Shown one piece after another: positions 45,471 through 59,980 of a stretch of DNA of 64,000 bases. The notes below the pieces were generated by a model. That model worked only from the letters and a program-made list of their open reading frames with translations. It did no database searches and was not told the DNA's origin. Location: NCBI RefSeq assembly GCF_009914755.1, contig NC_060938.1, one strand, 5' to 3'. The position numbers were made by a program, and so were the translations under genes. How positions within the stretch are numbered: position 1 is the stretch's first letter; every line of letters starts with the position of its first letter. This stretch comes from the human T2T-CHM13v2.0 reference genome, Homo sapiens.

Positions 45471-48414
45471 AAAGTAACTACTCTTATACACCAGCACTAA
45501 GAATCAATATTATTTGGAGGAAGATATTTTAAAAAATAAGAAAGCAATGTGTCTTAATGAAATGGGCCATGGTTCAAGAACCAAGAGCCCTAATACCTGA
45601 CTTAACAGACAAGCTGTATTAACTCTGAGAATGTGCTAACTATTTTTGCCTCAATGTCTCCAAACTTAAAATAAGAAGGCTGAGTAACTAAATTGTTTTT
45701 GAATTTTATAACGTTATATTTTACTGCTGGTATATTTTTTGTGACTCCTTTGCTTAGTCAGTACTTAACCTTACTTTTGAAATTTATTTTAACGTGTCTA
45801 CTAACATCAAAAGCAGTTGTCTTTTGAAACTGACAGGTGTTGGGGAGAAAAGTATTTGAATCACCTAAAAGGCTTTTCCAGCCCCCCTCACTCTATTCTG
45901 ATCTACCTCCAGAACTCAGAATCACTACTTCTAGGGGACATAGTGTTGATGAGCTTTCTTCTCATCCCTCCAGCATGCAGGGGTGGGAAAAGACGGAAGA
46001 CCATTGGTCTAACACCTTCACAGAGAGCCTTCTCTGAGGACACAAGTGCTTGTCAAGCATATGTGTTCAGGGAAACGTCTCTTTGGGAGATACTGTCTTC
46101 TTAGCATCACTTTTACCTCTTGAGACTCCCATAGTGAGTCAGGGCCAACAACCAACAACTTTCTTTTTTAATGACATGATTCAAAATTCTGTGTTGATGA
46201 CATTGATCCTCTTTTTCTTACCACATTTGATGTCCTCTCAGTTTCTAAGCTGCCTTAAAGATTCCATATTTCATAATTATTTTGTTGAGAGCAACAGAAA
46301 TGGTTTTGACTAACAAACAAAAGCAAATTTATTGGAAGGATATAGTGAGCTCAAAGAATGTATAGGAGCCTGGAGACCTGGGCTTGAATGGATGGGGAAT
46401 CAAGGCAGTGCTGGAGACAAGAAAGACAAAACTACAATAGTGGTCTGGTAGCAATGAGGGCTGACTCTCAGAAAAAAGAGAAAGTGAAACATTTTCTTTC
46501 TTTTTATTATGTTACTGTATATTAAGATTCCTGGCAGTGTACATCCAGTGAAGGATACTGGATTTCTGTTAGAAAGGCATGGGGGCATTGGGTAGACCTT
46601 AAAAAGACACACATTCATGTATGTTCATATGAGCGTCTTCCTCCTGCAAAGCAGGGTCTGCAAATAGCTACCTATTTCATTTCTTCTTTTGATAAATTGA
46701 CTAGATCTCTCTTCGTACCATCTCTTTTTTTAAAAGTATGAGTTACCTTCATTTATGATCTCGATTTCATCCTGATCATTGTTTTTCTTGGAAAAGTACA
46801 GGTACCCCTCTTAAAAAACCACTATGTAATTGTGTTTAAAATCAGTTCTCCATTATGGTGAAAAGGAAGTTAAAATATTCAAAAGTTAAACTGGGAAAAC
46901 TTCTATTAAAATAGGAATTATTTGATAAATTAACACTTATAATCCCTAAGAGTATTGCTACCTAAACTGATACATAAGGTATTCTCAAGTTAACAATACT
47001 ATAAAGGAATATGGTATGTGGGTAACATCAAGTGCGACTACTGTGTGATATTTCAGATGAGCTCATATATTACCCCACGTCTAATACTTTCACAAAATGA
47101 TGGTATTTTTCTCCTGCTTTCTGACCTCTTTTTGATAGAAATGGTCTGGCATCTTTTTCCTACATCAGCTCCGTTCATCTATTGAACTTTAATGATATGT
47201 TTTTCTTCCAGTCCTCTAACAATTTCCACTAGATGTAGCTACTTTTTAAGGAGCTTCTGTGTTTCTTATGGCACTCTATTATTTTCTTTGATCATCTAGT
47301 ACTTTTTTTTTTTTTTAACTTAGGGACATTTTCATTTGCAAAGATCCACCCAAATTGTACTCAGCACAAATCCAGTCAAATAGAAACCCCCCTACAAGTG
47401 AAATCTGACTGCCAAATAATTTCTGTCAGCCTTAACACTGGAATTTGCTAAATTTTGACATGATTCTGATAAAAATTAGAAATTATTTGAGTTCCCCCCA
47501 ATACTGGACTTTTCAGGGGTTTGCTATCCAGCTGGTGGGCTTTCCAGCTCTTTTGCTTCCCTCATTTCCTCCTGCCACCTCTTTAGACCATTTCCATCCA
47601 TCAGACATGCCTTTAGGGATAAAAAGAGAAGGTGAGATGAAATGCAAGCTGATCCATTTTGTTGTTTAGCTACAGTTCTGGTTAGAGAGAAAGTAGAGGG
47701 TTTGTTGAAGAGAAAAGATGAAACGTGGCAACTATTGGCTAAATTGAAACCAGAGAATTAGCTTGGGAAGTCGTTGATTTATGCAACCCATGCTCCCATT
47801 TGCATAGATAATTGAGTTAGCTTTACAAGAGTTTAGAGTTCCCTCACTCATCGATATTTTATTCATGAGTTATTGCCCTTAAAAATACTTAACCATAAAA
47901 GAAGTCCTCTAAAGAAAACCCAGCCCCTGAAATGAGGCTCACAACCATTACACTGATGATCTGAAAGGCACACTTGCCTCCTTCAGTTTATGATGATATC
48001 ATTGCCTTGGCCACAATCTCACTTTTGTTCATTTAAATGGCATAGGAGTAAACGCTACTTGCATCGTAGTTTGTACATTAATAGGCACAACATAAAACCA
48101 AATTACAAGGCTGTACTCTTCCTCAAGCTGTTAGCTGCCGCTAATGTTTTTCTGTGGCAGTGACAGATGCTCTGATACCTATATAACCTCTAGAATAGGA
48201 GTTTAATGAATGTAGTATTTATAGTATTTAACTTTGCAAACCTTGAAATTAGTGAGATTTATTTTTGTGATGCTTTAGAATAAGAAGTTAGCATTTCTTT
48301 AAAGACAATCATTTCATATGGAAAATCTCATATATTATGGAAAATCTCAAGAGTGCTTAAAACTCTGTTGAAGAAAGAAAAAACAAGGGCAGTTCAAGCA
48401 GAAATATAAAGAGG

Positions 48415-49233
48415 TAAAAAAGAAACTTTTATATGGCAAAGAAGCATATGAAAAAAAGCTCATGATCATTTGCATTAGAGAAATGCAAATGAAAACCACG
48501 AGATACCATCTCCCGTCAGTTAGAATGGTGATTATTAAAAAGTCAGGAAACAACAGACGCTAGCAAGGATGTGGAGAAATAGGAACGCTTTTATGCTGTT
48601 GGTGGGAGTGTTAATTAGTTCAACCACTGTGGAAGACAGTGTGGCAATTCCTCAAGGACCTAGGACCAGAAATACCATTTGACCTAGCAATCTCATTACC
48701 AGGTATATACCCAAAGGATTATAAATTATTCTACCATAAAGACACATGCACACATATGTTTATTGCAGCACTATTTACAATAACAAAGACTTACAACTAA
48801 CCCAAATGCCCATCAATGATAGACTGGATAAAGAAAATGTGGCACATATACACCATGGAACACTATGCAGCCATAAAAAAGAATGAGATCATGTCCTTTG
48901 AAATGACATGGATGAATCTGGAAGCCATCATTCTCAGCAAACTAACACAGGAACAGAAAACCAAACACCACGTGTTCTCACTCTTAAGTGAGAGTTGAAA
49001 AATGAGAGCACATGGACACAGGGAGGGGAACAACACACATTGGGGCCCGCTGGGGGCTGGGGACAAGGGGAGGGATAGAATTAAGACAAATAGCTAATGC
49101 ATGTGGGACTTAAAACCTAGATGATGGATTGATGGATGCAGCAAACCACCACGGCACATGTATATCTATGTAACAAACCTGCACATTCTGCACATGTATC
49201 CTGGAACTTACAATAAAATTAAAAAAAAAAAAA
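48415..49233 (+). mobile_element. 5'-truncated L1PA (L1PA8-11-like)
   Basis: ORF2 C-terminus (DWIKKMWHIY), 3'UTR ctaatgcatg...cttaaaacctagatga, and poly(A). No clear TSD. Confidence 0.88.
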
Positions 49234-51702
49234 AGAATCCAGCAGCCTTTCCCACATTGCCATGTTCAGTGAACCACACTACTGCACTGATAAATGTGAA
49301 AAAAATTTGGCAACCTAAGTACTTTCTATCCCACACCCTATCACTGCCCTGTTTGTCAAACATAGAAAGCACCTGTTGAGACAGAAGCCTTGCTGGGAGT
49401 TTCCACAAAGTTTGATGATCCAAAAGATGTAATATCCTGAGCAACAACTGCACCGTCAGAGCATTATCATAATAGCCCGACCTCCTGAGCTTTTCCTGAT
49501 TACCTGGATCTTACCTCCCAAAGGGAAAATGACTTCAAAGACTGAAGTTCTTGCCTGCATTTTTCAAAGATTCAGCAACTTGAAGCTACAGCCTCTTCCA
49601 GCTTGTTTTCAACATGCATAATAATGCCAGAAAATGACACCGAGTTCCCCTAGGAGCCCAAGAGGACATGGAGCAGCACTCTCACGGCTGGTCTTTTCAG
49701 ACAGATCTGAACAGTCCTCTGTGTTTTCTTAGATACCAGAAAGAGGAAGGCTCCGTGTTTCACTGTTTTTTGTTTGTTTTCTTTTTCGCCTGTTTGTTTT
49801 TAATTCAATAGTTTAAAAACAGAGCCTTAGCTTCCTAAGTCCATTTTGAAAGTCAAATGGATTGAAAAGAGTTTCAAAACAGTGCTAGCCCAAATCCGGC
49901 TGAAACTTTTAATTAGTCTGATGTTATTTTTAGACTCTCTCAAATCTCTGTAATTGAGGCCTTTGCAGTTGTACAAACAAATAGAAACCTTGTAAGATCT
50001 TGAAATTCATGATAGTTTACTAATGAAGTCAGCTTGGCAAACTCTTCATTGAATATTGTAATTTGATTGCCATCTTATTCTGATTGGACCCTGGTTTTGC
50101 ATTTAAATGAGTATAAATTATTTGAAATGCAAAACAGCATGTTATCTGGGGTATTTTGCAAGAACAGACAAGATTAAAAACATCTAATGTTCCATTTTAT
50201 AAAAACATTACAAAATGGAAGTGCAGAGCTGACTTTTAAAATTTATTAGTAACAGCTTACAATAATTGGACATTAATTAATCCCAAATTACAAGACATTT
50301 CTGTGGAAATGCGTATTACATCCTTTCCATCAGTATTCAGCAGATTCATTAGTATTATTTTTTGTCTGGAACACTGAAGGCATTAACAACAGTTTCTTAC
50401 TATAGCAGGCATTGTTACAGAATTCACTGTTACGCATGTGAGTTTAACACAATGCATTATCAATTACTGATTCTACAACTACTGACCTTGAGTATCCAAT
50501 TTAAAAAAAAAAAGTGGCAGCAGTAGCTAAGGCAAGCTGAATTTGTGAATTGGGGTCTGTATTGACTTGTTCCAAGCTTTGACTTTTATCAGCCTTTGTG
50601 GTAGATGGATTGGAAAGAATTTTCTGATTCTATAAACTTTTATTTCTCAACTGTGGTTTTTGTGTCTTACATAGAAAATTGTTTTCAATTGCATTACCCC
50701 AAAAAAGAAGATTTCCATTTGAGAGAAGCATGGGGGCAGCTATCTCTCTATTTGATTGTTTGGCTTTCTGAAATTTCCATTTCATCTATTTTCAGACACA
50801 TATAGTAACCCACAATCTAATATGCTGGACTTTTCTCTCCCTTTAGTATTTTGCTGACAAAAGACTGTCAGAATGGGACCTTAAGTTTATAAGTGTATTA
50901 TCCAGGTCTTTGGAATAATTTTTAATCATTTAGGTATCATATCAAGTGAGTTATAATCTGGGAATTAATACTTTATGTGGAATTTGTACTGTGAAAAAAA
51001 GATTTCTTCACCAATTTATGTCTCTGACCTCAAATAAAGGGAAAGTCTTAGTGTAATGGAGGCATTTGGTTCCTTAGGGGTGTCTAGTGATGGAAGAAAG
51101 TGGCAGTGACAATGCTACAACAGAGGGAAGAGGGAGCAGAGAAACAGCATGGCTTTGCACTTGTCTTCTATTGCAGGCCTGTGCCATCCCAACCACCACA
51201 TTAATTCAACCTAAGTCCAGCCTGATGGACAGTTTTAAGAGTTTTACAGAATTGCTCTGTCACCTGTAAAATGCATGCAAGTACCATTGCCATGTAATCC
51301 ATTTGGTGAATTCTATCAAAGTAATTTTGATTTCTGACATTCTAAGACTAGCAAGGGCTGCACTTAATCTTTCTCTCTGAACTCAGTATCCATAGATGAC
51401 ATAAAATCCTGATTTTTTTTAACTAGGAACAGTTAAATTTTCAGGACTGAAAGATTAAAATCAACTTTCCTGGCTGAAAGAAAGGATGCTTAAAATTTGA
51501 GAGCAAATCTTTATAAAGATTGGTCATTCTGCTAAAATAAGGATCAAGTGTTGGGTCTGGACTGATTTTGGCTTGAGGTTGGTGCTATATAGGTCCTCAT
51601 TTTATGGATCTTGTTTTATGCAAATGAGAGCTGTCAGCTTCTTGTATGACCCTATATGTACAAGCAATCTGATGGATTGGGGTATTGGGGGAGCAGTTAG
51701 TA

Positions 51703-52030
51703 TTGGATGAATATTCTTTATCTGAAATTCTTGGGACCAGAAGTGTTGCAGATTTCACATACATATATATTTTGATTTTGGAATGTTTGCACATACATAA
51801 TGACATATCCTGGGGATAGAACCCAAGTCTAAACAAGAATTTTATTTATGTTTCGTATACATCTATACACATAGCCTTAGGAAACAATGTTTTGTCTGCA
51901 TTTTGACTGCAACTTATTGCATGATTTCAGGTGTGTGATTTTCCTCTTGTGGTATCACGTTGGTGCTCAAAACTTCTGGGTTTTGGAACATTTCAAGTTC
52001 CACATTTTCTGATTAGGGAGGCCCACCTTG
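51703..52030. mobile_element. Tigger4b/Zombi-like TcMar DNA transposon fossil
   Basis: ttgggaccagaagtgtt...cccaagtctaaaca...ctgattaggga; flanked by TA. Confidence 0.8.
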
Positions 52031-54581
52031 TATATCTCCTGAACTGGCCCTACAAAAGTCTTTTCTACTTTCTTTTTTCAAATTGGAGCTACAGGAAACA
52101 GATTTTTTTTTCTGTGTTGAAGGAAAGGAGATTATATGAACCCAGACTTCAAGTTGCCATGATTCAAGTATCGTCAAAAAAGTTAACCAAAGAGAACATA
52201 GTTGAAGTGAAAGAAAAGTATGGTCAGGGGATAAGAAATAATCAGTTGTTCTAGTTTTCCCAGCGCCACTGTTTCCCTTTCCCAAGTCTAATCATGCCTG
52301 GGAATACATCCCCTACTTTGGCCTAAGCTTGTTTGAGCTGGATTTCTCTTGCTTGCTACAGAAATGATCCCTCATTACAAAAAACTTATTTCTCCTTCTT
52401 CTCCTCATAGTAGGAAGGGAGTAAATTGGAGCTTGGGCATGAGAAATGTATTTTCTCTGAACTAAATCCCCACCTAGCTGTAGAAGCAGAAGATAAATAT
52501 GCCCAAGCATCATCTCACCTGTTATATGTCAACTAGTGAACTACTTTTCTGATTTTTATAGCTTTAGCCCCATTCCTGATTTTAATATCTGACTCGAAGT
52601 TTTCCAGAGTATATTTCTAGAACATCTTAGGCACCTGAAAAGAGACTGAGATGTTCAAATTGAATACTAGATGACAACATGGCAAGTTAAATGTGTCTCT
52701 TCTCCCCTGAAGTACACTTCAGGACTTGGGGACTGATTGCACAAGGGGTACAAAGAAGAAGGAAGAAACAAAATTGATTAGAAATCTGTGTGATTGAGAG
52801 TGTGGGATTAAGGAGGAGCCACAAATGGGAAGTAGGTAAGAAGTATTTGAAAGGGTAATAGAACAAAAATGTGGCAGTGTCAAAAAAGTTACTGTTACAA
52901 AGAATATAAAATAAGTGATAAACAGCACTGAAAAATGCAAGGGTTTAAGAGGAATAGAATTTAGAAACAGCTTGCACTTGCCAATTGTGAGCTCACAGTT
53001 AACATTTGAAAGAGCTGCTGTAGATAAAAGAAGTGAATGAAAGTAAGACAATAACAAACAGAATAGAAATGGAGAGGAAAAGAGAGAGAGGGAGGATGAG
53101 TGTAAGAGAGAAGACGAGGGATTCAGAAAAAAGTCCCAGGGATTATGGGATGGGAAGAAACAAATGAACAAATTGATCAATTAGATAACAAAGATGGACA
53201 AATAAAAATAGAAAAATAACAATGCAATGATATTTTAAAAAGGGAAATAGGAAATTAAGGGAGCGAAAATGAGGTTATTTAAATTTCACAGGTGGATTAG
53301 GTCATTTAATAAGACTGAAGAGTGTGGGATGTTGGGAAACTGAAGATTCTAGAGCATTTGGGTAATATGTGCTATGATAGAACTGACTGACTAGAAGTAT
53401 TATACTATATGTCTGTGAAGTATCAGTTACTATTTTACAGAGTGTATTTGCTTTAGAACACATAAACATATCTTCAAAACTTCTAGTTACAGAGCTACTT
53501 CTGGTCACCCTTGACAGTCTGGTAACTTGGCAAAGACAGATGAGAGAAAACGAAATGCAAGAATTCACTAAGATGGCTAATGATGGGGTTTGAGTTTGGT
53601 AGTGAAGTAAATGAACTCAGAAATAAACTGATGTCCTAGAATGAGAGGAAGGGTTGACGTACTGGAGGCCATCAATCATTTAAGTAACTATAAATAGCTT
53701 CTACAGTGCAGAAGTAACATGCTTAGGAATTGGGGGAGCAATAATGCATAAGATGTGCTCTTTTCACACAGTCACAATTTGGTGAAGGGTGCAGCCACCC
53801 ATAAAAGCAGAGAGATTCAGTAGCAGTGAGGAACTGGGAGGACCAAAAAGACAGGACATGGTGGTAATAGAGACAAGGCTTACAGTCAGATGTCTGAAAA
53901 AAGTAGCAGAAATGGTAAGCAGATTTTTAGGTCTTTGTTGTAATTGCATACTTAGTATTTTTGTAACCAGTATATGTACCAAAACAAGAGTTGGGGCAGG
54001 GGTGGAAAGAAGAGTAGCTCGGCTTAAGAAACCAATGCTCTCTTTTTAGTGTTGTCCTTGTCACCACAAAGGAATTGGCTCCAAGTCATTTGTGGCATTC
54101 TTGTTCCTTCTACTCTAAACTGAATTATGATCCAATGTCAAGTCCTGAATCCATAAATCTGGCCTGACATTTCATGTGCTCCTAATAGATGGTGCTGGAA
54201 AAGCAGTTTCTGACCTAAGCTCCATAAAGGAAATGAGGAAAATGCAGAGAAGGCTTCAGGCTAATCTCTAAAGCTATTTGAGGCCTATTCCAGAAGTCTT
54301 CCTCAATTCATCTCATTAGGTGATCTAAAGAACCATCACTTCTTTGTGATACACAAAGGTCTAAGTCCACATTAGAAGTTCATAATACATGCAGTAACAT
54401 TACTATGCCTATAGAATCTCATCTGGAATTATTGGAAAGTAAATAGTTAAACTGATTATATGACATCATAGAGCCAGTGTTCTTCCCCACTGTTTGTGGT
54501 ACCATTGGAAGCATTCCACTTGATTTTCAGAAAGGTAAATTTAGACCCATCAGCTTGGATGTGGACAAAGTTTAAAGGCAA

Positions 54582-54890
54582 ACTAGAGTTACAAACTCAA
54601 ATATCTATGAATGTCTAACAACTAGTAGAAATGAGTGAGTCTGGCCAAGTGTGAGAAGACATGAGCAGAAGCTAAATGTTGAATACTGCCAGCCTCTGAG
54701 TCCCACTGATGTCAGGGAGGTTGGGAACTGCAGCAAACTGGACGCAGTCCTGGGGCAGCTGCTGCTCAGTATTAGCCTATTGTTGTGATGGGGAATGCCA
54801 ATCTGGTGTTGCCAGATCTTCCAATTTTTGTTCTAGAGTGGCCAGAAAACTGGATTTTTATCTGAAAAGTACTGATTTTAAACATTAAGG
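54582..54890. mobile_element. MER102-like hAT-Charlie fossil
   Basis: acaaactcaaat...gtgttgccagatctt...gccagaaaactggatttt. Confidence 0.7.
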
Positions 54891-55829
54891 CTTTAAGTGG
54901 TCAGTCTGTGTTCCCTGTTTTAGAATTCACTTCTCAAATGGGTGTTTGGATACCGCACAGCCACAGCCTGAAGCACTCATGTGCACAGTCAGGTTACCTT
55001 AAACCAGTCTTGGACAAGCAGCATGGAAGAACAATCAGACAAAAAGGATGGTTGCTTTTTTTTAATGTTGTTTTTTCGTCTCTTCTACTTAAGAAAATGT
55101 CTCAGTGTATTGTATAAAGCCTCTTGAGATGCATAGATAAATTATAGGAAGGCTCAGCTCCAAACATGTAACAAAGACAGGTAATTTCTGTATTCATAAG
55201 CCGTCTAGAATCAGCACCTCTCTGGTATTGTTTTCTCCTGTTACCTTGGTTTCCATTCTGAGAATTAGCAGCATTCAACACCTCCCTCGTATTCATCTTC
55301 AAAGAGGAGGGGAATCACACTCCTCTGCAAGAGAAGAAGAGCTTGTACAATGCACTACAAAATTCAGTCCACCCCTTGGCCTCCAGGAGAAGGTTAGAAA
55401 TGTTGACTCCTTAAGCTTGACCACCCTTCAGGCTTTTTTAGTTCAGTCTCCTTATATATTAGATAAACAGAATTGAGGGGTGAGACATTTTAGTACGTAG
55501 ATTATTGGATGTCAATGCCCAGACTCATCTGTAATCAAATTAACACTGCCAAGGCTTCTGAAATCATATGCTCCTAGATAGAGTCGCATTTGGACTAGGA
55601 CTCAAGTTTTCTGACTGGTGCTTTTTCTGTTGTATTGGTAGAATGCCCAGGTGAGGCTGCTCAGCCTAGCCTAAGCACTGGATCCATGTAAGTTGAAAAT
55701 AACAGAACAACCAAACTCAAAAAGAGTTAAAAAATAAAAGGGGTTTATTGACTTCCCAATCTAAAATGTGCAGCAGTAGGATGGGCTTCAGGAAGGATTT
55801 AGTCAAGTCCTAGCTTCATTTCCTCTACC

Positions 55830-56035
55830 ACCATCATAACCAATGCTTAAATTGTGTTTATATGGGACAGGTTCTATTCTAAGCACACCCTCATGAGGTA
55901 GATATAAGTAACTGCATTTTCATACATGAGAAAACTGAGGCACTGGGTTTAAATACCTGTCCCAGGTTTGCATTTTAGAGTCAGGATACAAACTCAGACT
56001 GCTGACTCCAGAGCCCTTGCTCTTAACCTCTGTAC
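55830..56035 (-). mobile_element. MIR
   Basis: catgagaaaactgaggcac core. Confidence 0.7.
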
Positions 56036-57865
56036 AGATTCTGATTAAATGGACTAGGAAATGGCTTAGGGATCTGTGACTAAAAAATACCTCCCAAAGA
56101 TTGCAATGCACATCCAGACTTAGAAAAACAAATCTGCTATGCAGTTGGCTAAGGGTACCATCCGTGTTTAAAAAAAAAAATTCCCTAGGTTCACTGCAAA
56201 GAACACTATGGTGGAATTTAGTCCCAAATTCTTCTCTGCAATGCTTACATCCCAATGGAGAAGAGAAGTAAACGCTATCTACTGATGAAAGAAAATTCGG
56301 GATGGAACTGCTGAGCACTGCTGAACACAAAAGCCTGCCACTGCAGGGCCCCTTAGCCTGAAGAACCCAAATATTACAGTCACAGTATGTCTTCAGGGTG
56401 TTTATTACCTAGGTATTATAATTCTTGTGTGATGGCAGTCAGAGACTGATTATAATCAGGGGAGAGAGAAGAACTTCCTGGGGACACAGTGCTTCACTAT
56501 AGATTCCCTGCCTCTAATTCTCAATACAGAAATCTTTGCAAGAGTACTTTCATGGATGTCAATGACAACAATTAAGCTTGAAGAGCATGAGAAGACATTT
56601 TAATCAGAAGCTAATTAAGAACAATGGGGGCATATGTATCACTGATTGTGTCTCAAGTACTCTGACTGATCTGGAAGATTATTCCATTAATATATGGATG
56701 TAAACAGACACCAACATTTTCTCAGGATGAGGCAACTTCACTTTGAAGGTTCCACCTCCAAATCTGGCATTTATTTATTAGATGACAAATAAAAATGAGC
56801 AACATTTACCTGCCTAGGGAAGACATTTGGTGCTGGTTTCTTGTCTTTGGGTAGGACAAGCATCAAGTGTAAGAAATAAGGTGATAGGAGTCAATAAACC
56901 AGAATGTTTTTCATATTTGACTATTGAGTGTTGCTCCATTATAAAATGAGACTAAAAATATGTCTGGCCCTAAAGAAAAGGGCATAGATGTTATGAGTAA
57001 TAGTAATATCTAAGAGAATATCTTGAGCTCTTCATAAAAGAAAAAAAAACCCAAACAAAAAAAGCCCACAAAGTATCAAGCAAAGCATTATGTGTAGTTT
57101 TCACTTTCAGATAGTATGTGGCACATTACAAATACAATGTGGTGTTTTCAGGGTAAAGGAAATTCTCCTCCTAGCTTCCTTATCTAATCTCCACTTAAAT
57201 CAAGCATCAGCCCATTGCTCCCCCACTTACCAACACTGTTGGGTACTGTTTTTTGTATAAATAAGCTTGAAATGTTTTTAGTTCATATTCTTGACTCTTG
57301 CTGATTAACAGTGCTTGCTTTGTGGCCTCACTATCCGTGGCCATGTCCCACAAAGGAGCCCTCCAGGGAATTTTATTCTACTTTGTTCTGTTGGTAACAG
57401 AGCAGAGAGATCCTCATCACGTAAGGAGTGAACTTTCCATATGGAGAACTCTATCATATGATTTTAGACCAGCTTCCCAGCGTTTTCTTCCAGTTCCTTC
57501 CCAAGTGAGCACTGAAGTATGTGTCAGGCAATCTGGGTTGTAATCTTAGCTATGCCAGTATCTCCCACTATAAGCTATTTAAACTCCTCTGAGCTTCAGT
57601 TGTCTTTCTTCACAAAACGAAATATAAATGAGATGATCTCTTAGTGTTTTCCAAAGTCGAGGTTGTTTGGATACTATTTATCTTTCCTTCTGGCTTGTCT
57701 GTCTCTTCTTTAGTCCGTGACTGTCATACTCATTTGGTTTCCATGTCTTGCCAACTTGTTTTTGCCCAAATAGTAACTTCTGCTCTCATGCTCCTTGACT
57801 TAATAGTCTAACCATCTTTTATAGTTCTTCTCCAGTCCCAATTCTTTTAAATACCCTTCCCATTT

Positions 57866-57899
57866 TGTGTGTGTGTGTGTGTGTCTGTGTGTGTGTGTG
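57866..57899. repeat. (TG)n microsatellite
   Basis: Read directly. Confidence 0.95.
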
Positions 57900-58534
57900 A
57901 AGAGAAGATGCTTGTTGGACCATATATCAGGGATGTAAAGATGACTGAGACAGACTTGGCTCTGTCCTTCATGAAGCTACAGACTAATTGATAGTAGCTA
58001 ACATTTTTTGAGATGATATAGTATCTTCACTTTTTAATTGAGAAAACTGAGGCCCAGAGAAGTTGAATAAATTTCCTAAGGTCCCAGAGCTAACAAGCAG
58101 CAGAATCCAAGTCTAGTACATTACAACCACTTTTCTTAACTGTCATGCTACATAGCCAGCACACCATGAAAAAGATGTAGCAAACTGCTGATGCTTCTGA
58201 TTCTTGTGACATGACCAACATTGGCCCCTAAGCTGTTTCCTTCTGAGTCTGGCAGTCACATAATCACTGGCAACACAGTTTTCTAGGCATCTACTTCCAG
58301 TTGATATGAGTGGCACCTGAGGTAAAACTTTCGGTATTTGCTATCTTTGCTGATGTTTTTTTCCCAGAACTTCAAGTCATTTATTAAACAATTCAATTGT
58401 ATTTAATCATATATTTCATATTATTTTTGTTTATTTCTACTATAAGATACATCTTCAACTATTTTTAGCTCCCACACGGACAGGGACACTTTCTTTAATA
58501 GATCTGTTTCCTCTAACATTGTTGACTTGGGTTG

Positions 58535-58889
58535 TGCATTAGTCTGTTCTTACGCTAATAATGACATACTCAAGACTGTAATTTATAAAGGTAAAAGATT
58601 TAATTGACTCACAGTTCCACATGGCTGGGGAGGCCTCACAATCATGGCTGAAGGCAAATAAGGAGCAAAGTCATATCTTACATGGCGGCAGACAAGAGAG
58701 TTTATGTAGAGAAACTCCCCTTTATAAAACCGTCAGATCTCATGAGACTTACTTTCATGAGAACAGCAGAGGAAAGACCCACCCCCATGATTCAATTACC
58801 TCCCACTGGATCTCTCCAATGACACATGGGAATTAGGGGGGTTATAATTAAATATGAGATTTGGGTGGGGACACAGCCAAACCATATCA
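58535..58889 (-). mobile_element. THE1 (THE1C-like) MaLR solo LTR
   Basis: tgcattagtctgttc...gggacacagccaaaccatatca; perfect 5-bp TSD ggttg at 58530-58534 and 58890-58894. Confidence 0.93.
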
Positions 58890-59737
58890 GGTTGTGAGGG
58901 CACAGTTAGCAGTGTGCAGGAATGCACAGTGAGGAGGAGTAATTGAATGAGTGAATGAATGGATGCATTTGTGCTGCTTTCATGGTGTTAATAAGGAATA
59001 CCCAAAGGAAAGTTTTCTGCATGTGACCCAAGTCTCTAACTTCTGAGTTGGACAATCATTATATTTTTTCCAGTTCTCCGAGCATTATAGATGTGTGGAA
59101 GGATATGTTTTTAGGATTTATTGACGAACGAGAAAGAAGACTTTGTCTTCTAACCAGTTGAATGTCAAACAACGAAAGAAAACTGATGCGTGTCATTAAA
59201 CAACTCTAGAAAAGTCTACAAGGATATAGGGAGAAAACCTTTCCTGACACCATTTCCTCCCCTACATGAGACTGATTTAAGCTCCATTTTCGGGTGCTCC
59301 CATGCTCCCCAGTGAATACTCAGCATCTACACTGCCTTATTTATCTTTGTGCCCCCAGCATCCAGGAGTATCTGACACTTCAGTAAATATTTGTTGCATG
59401 AATGACTGTATATTGCTGTAACTTCAGGGGCTTTGGCTGTGGGCTGGGGTAGGAGTTTTCTCACCACTTGATTATTAATGCTGTGGATTTCTTAATAACT
59501 TTTAAAAAGTGTTTCTCTTTTCACAGTGAAAGACGAAAGGAAAGATAAAAAGGTTTTGGACAAGGGCAACATTTTGTGAGGACACAATTACACAAACATA
59601 AATGACTCGAACTCTTGCTAGAAATACAAGTATGCAAAAGGACAAAAATAATATTGGAGACATTTAAAATATAGAATGAGGTACTCTGGAAGTAGGGATA
59701 TTTACTGAATTAGTAGACTGGAGGCCCTGAAGATTAT

Positions 59738-59980
59738 AAGAATAGCTAACATATATTAAGCTCTCAAGTGTCATTATTATTCTAAGTAATATTTCATGGA
59801 TTAACTCTCCATATCCTTATGGGTTAAGTAATTGTATAATTCCCACTTTATAGATGATGAGCTTGGAGCATGAAAGATTGAGCAATACATCCCAAATCAC
59901 AAAGCCAGAAAGTCTTCAAGCAGAGTTTCAAATCCAGATGACTTGCCTCCATCTCATGCCCTTCACCACTGTGCTGTCCT
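59738..59980 (-). mobile_element. MIR
   Basis: aatagctaacat...cccactttatagatga core. Confidence 0.7.

Noticed and set aside
52719-53180. 153-aa Leu/Phe/Ser-rich minus-strand ORF
   Set aside because: It is the antisense of a purine-rich, low-complexity (probably L2-derived) tract, which is stop-poor by composition.
55920-56330. 136-aa minus-strand ORF
   Set aside because: It runs into a MIR, has no recognisable domain or splice context, and its length is compatible with chance.
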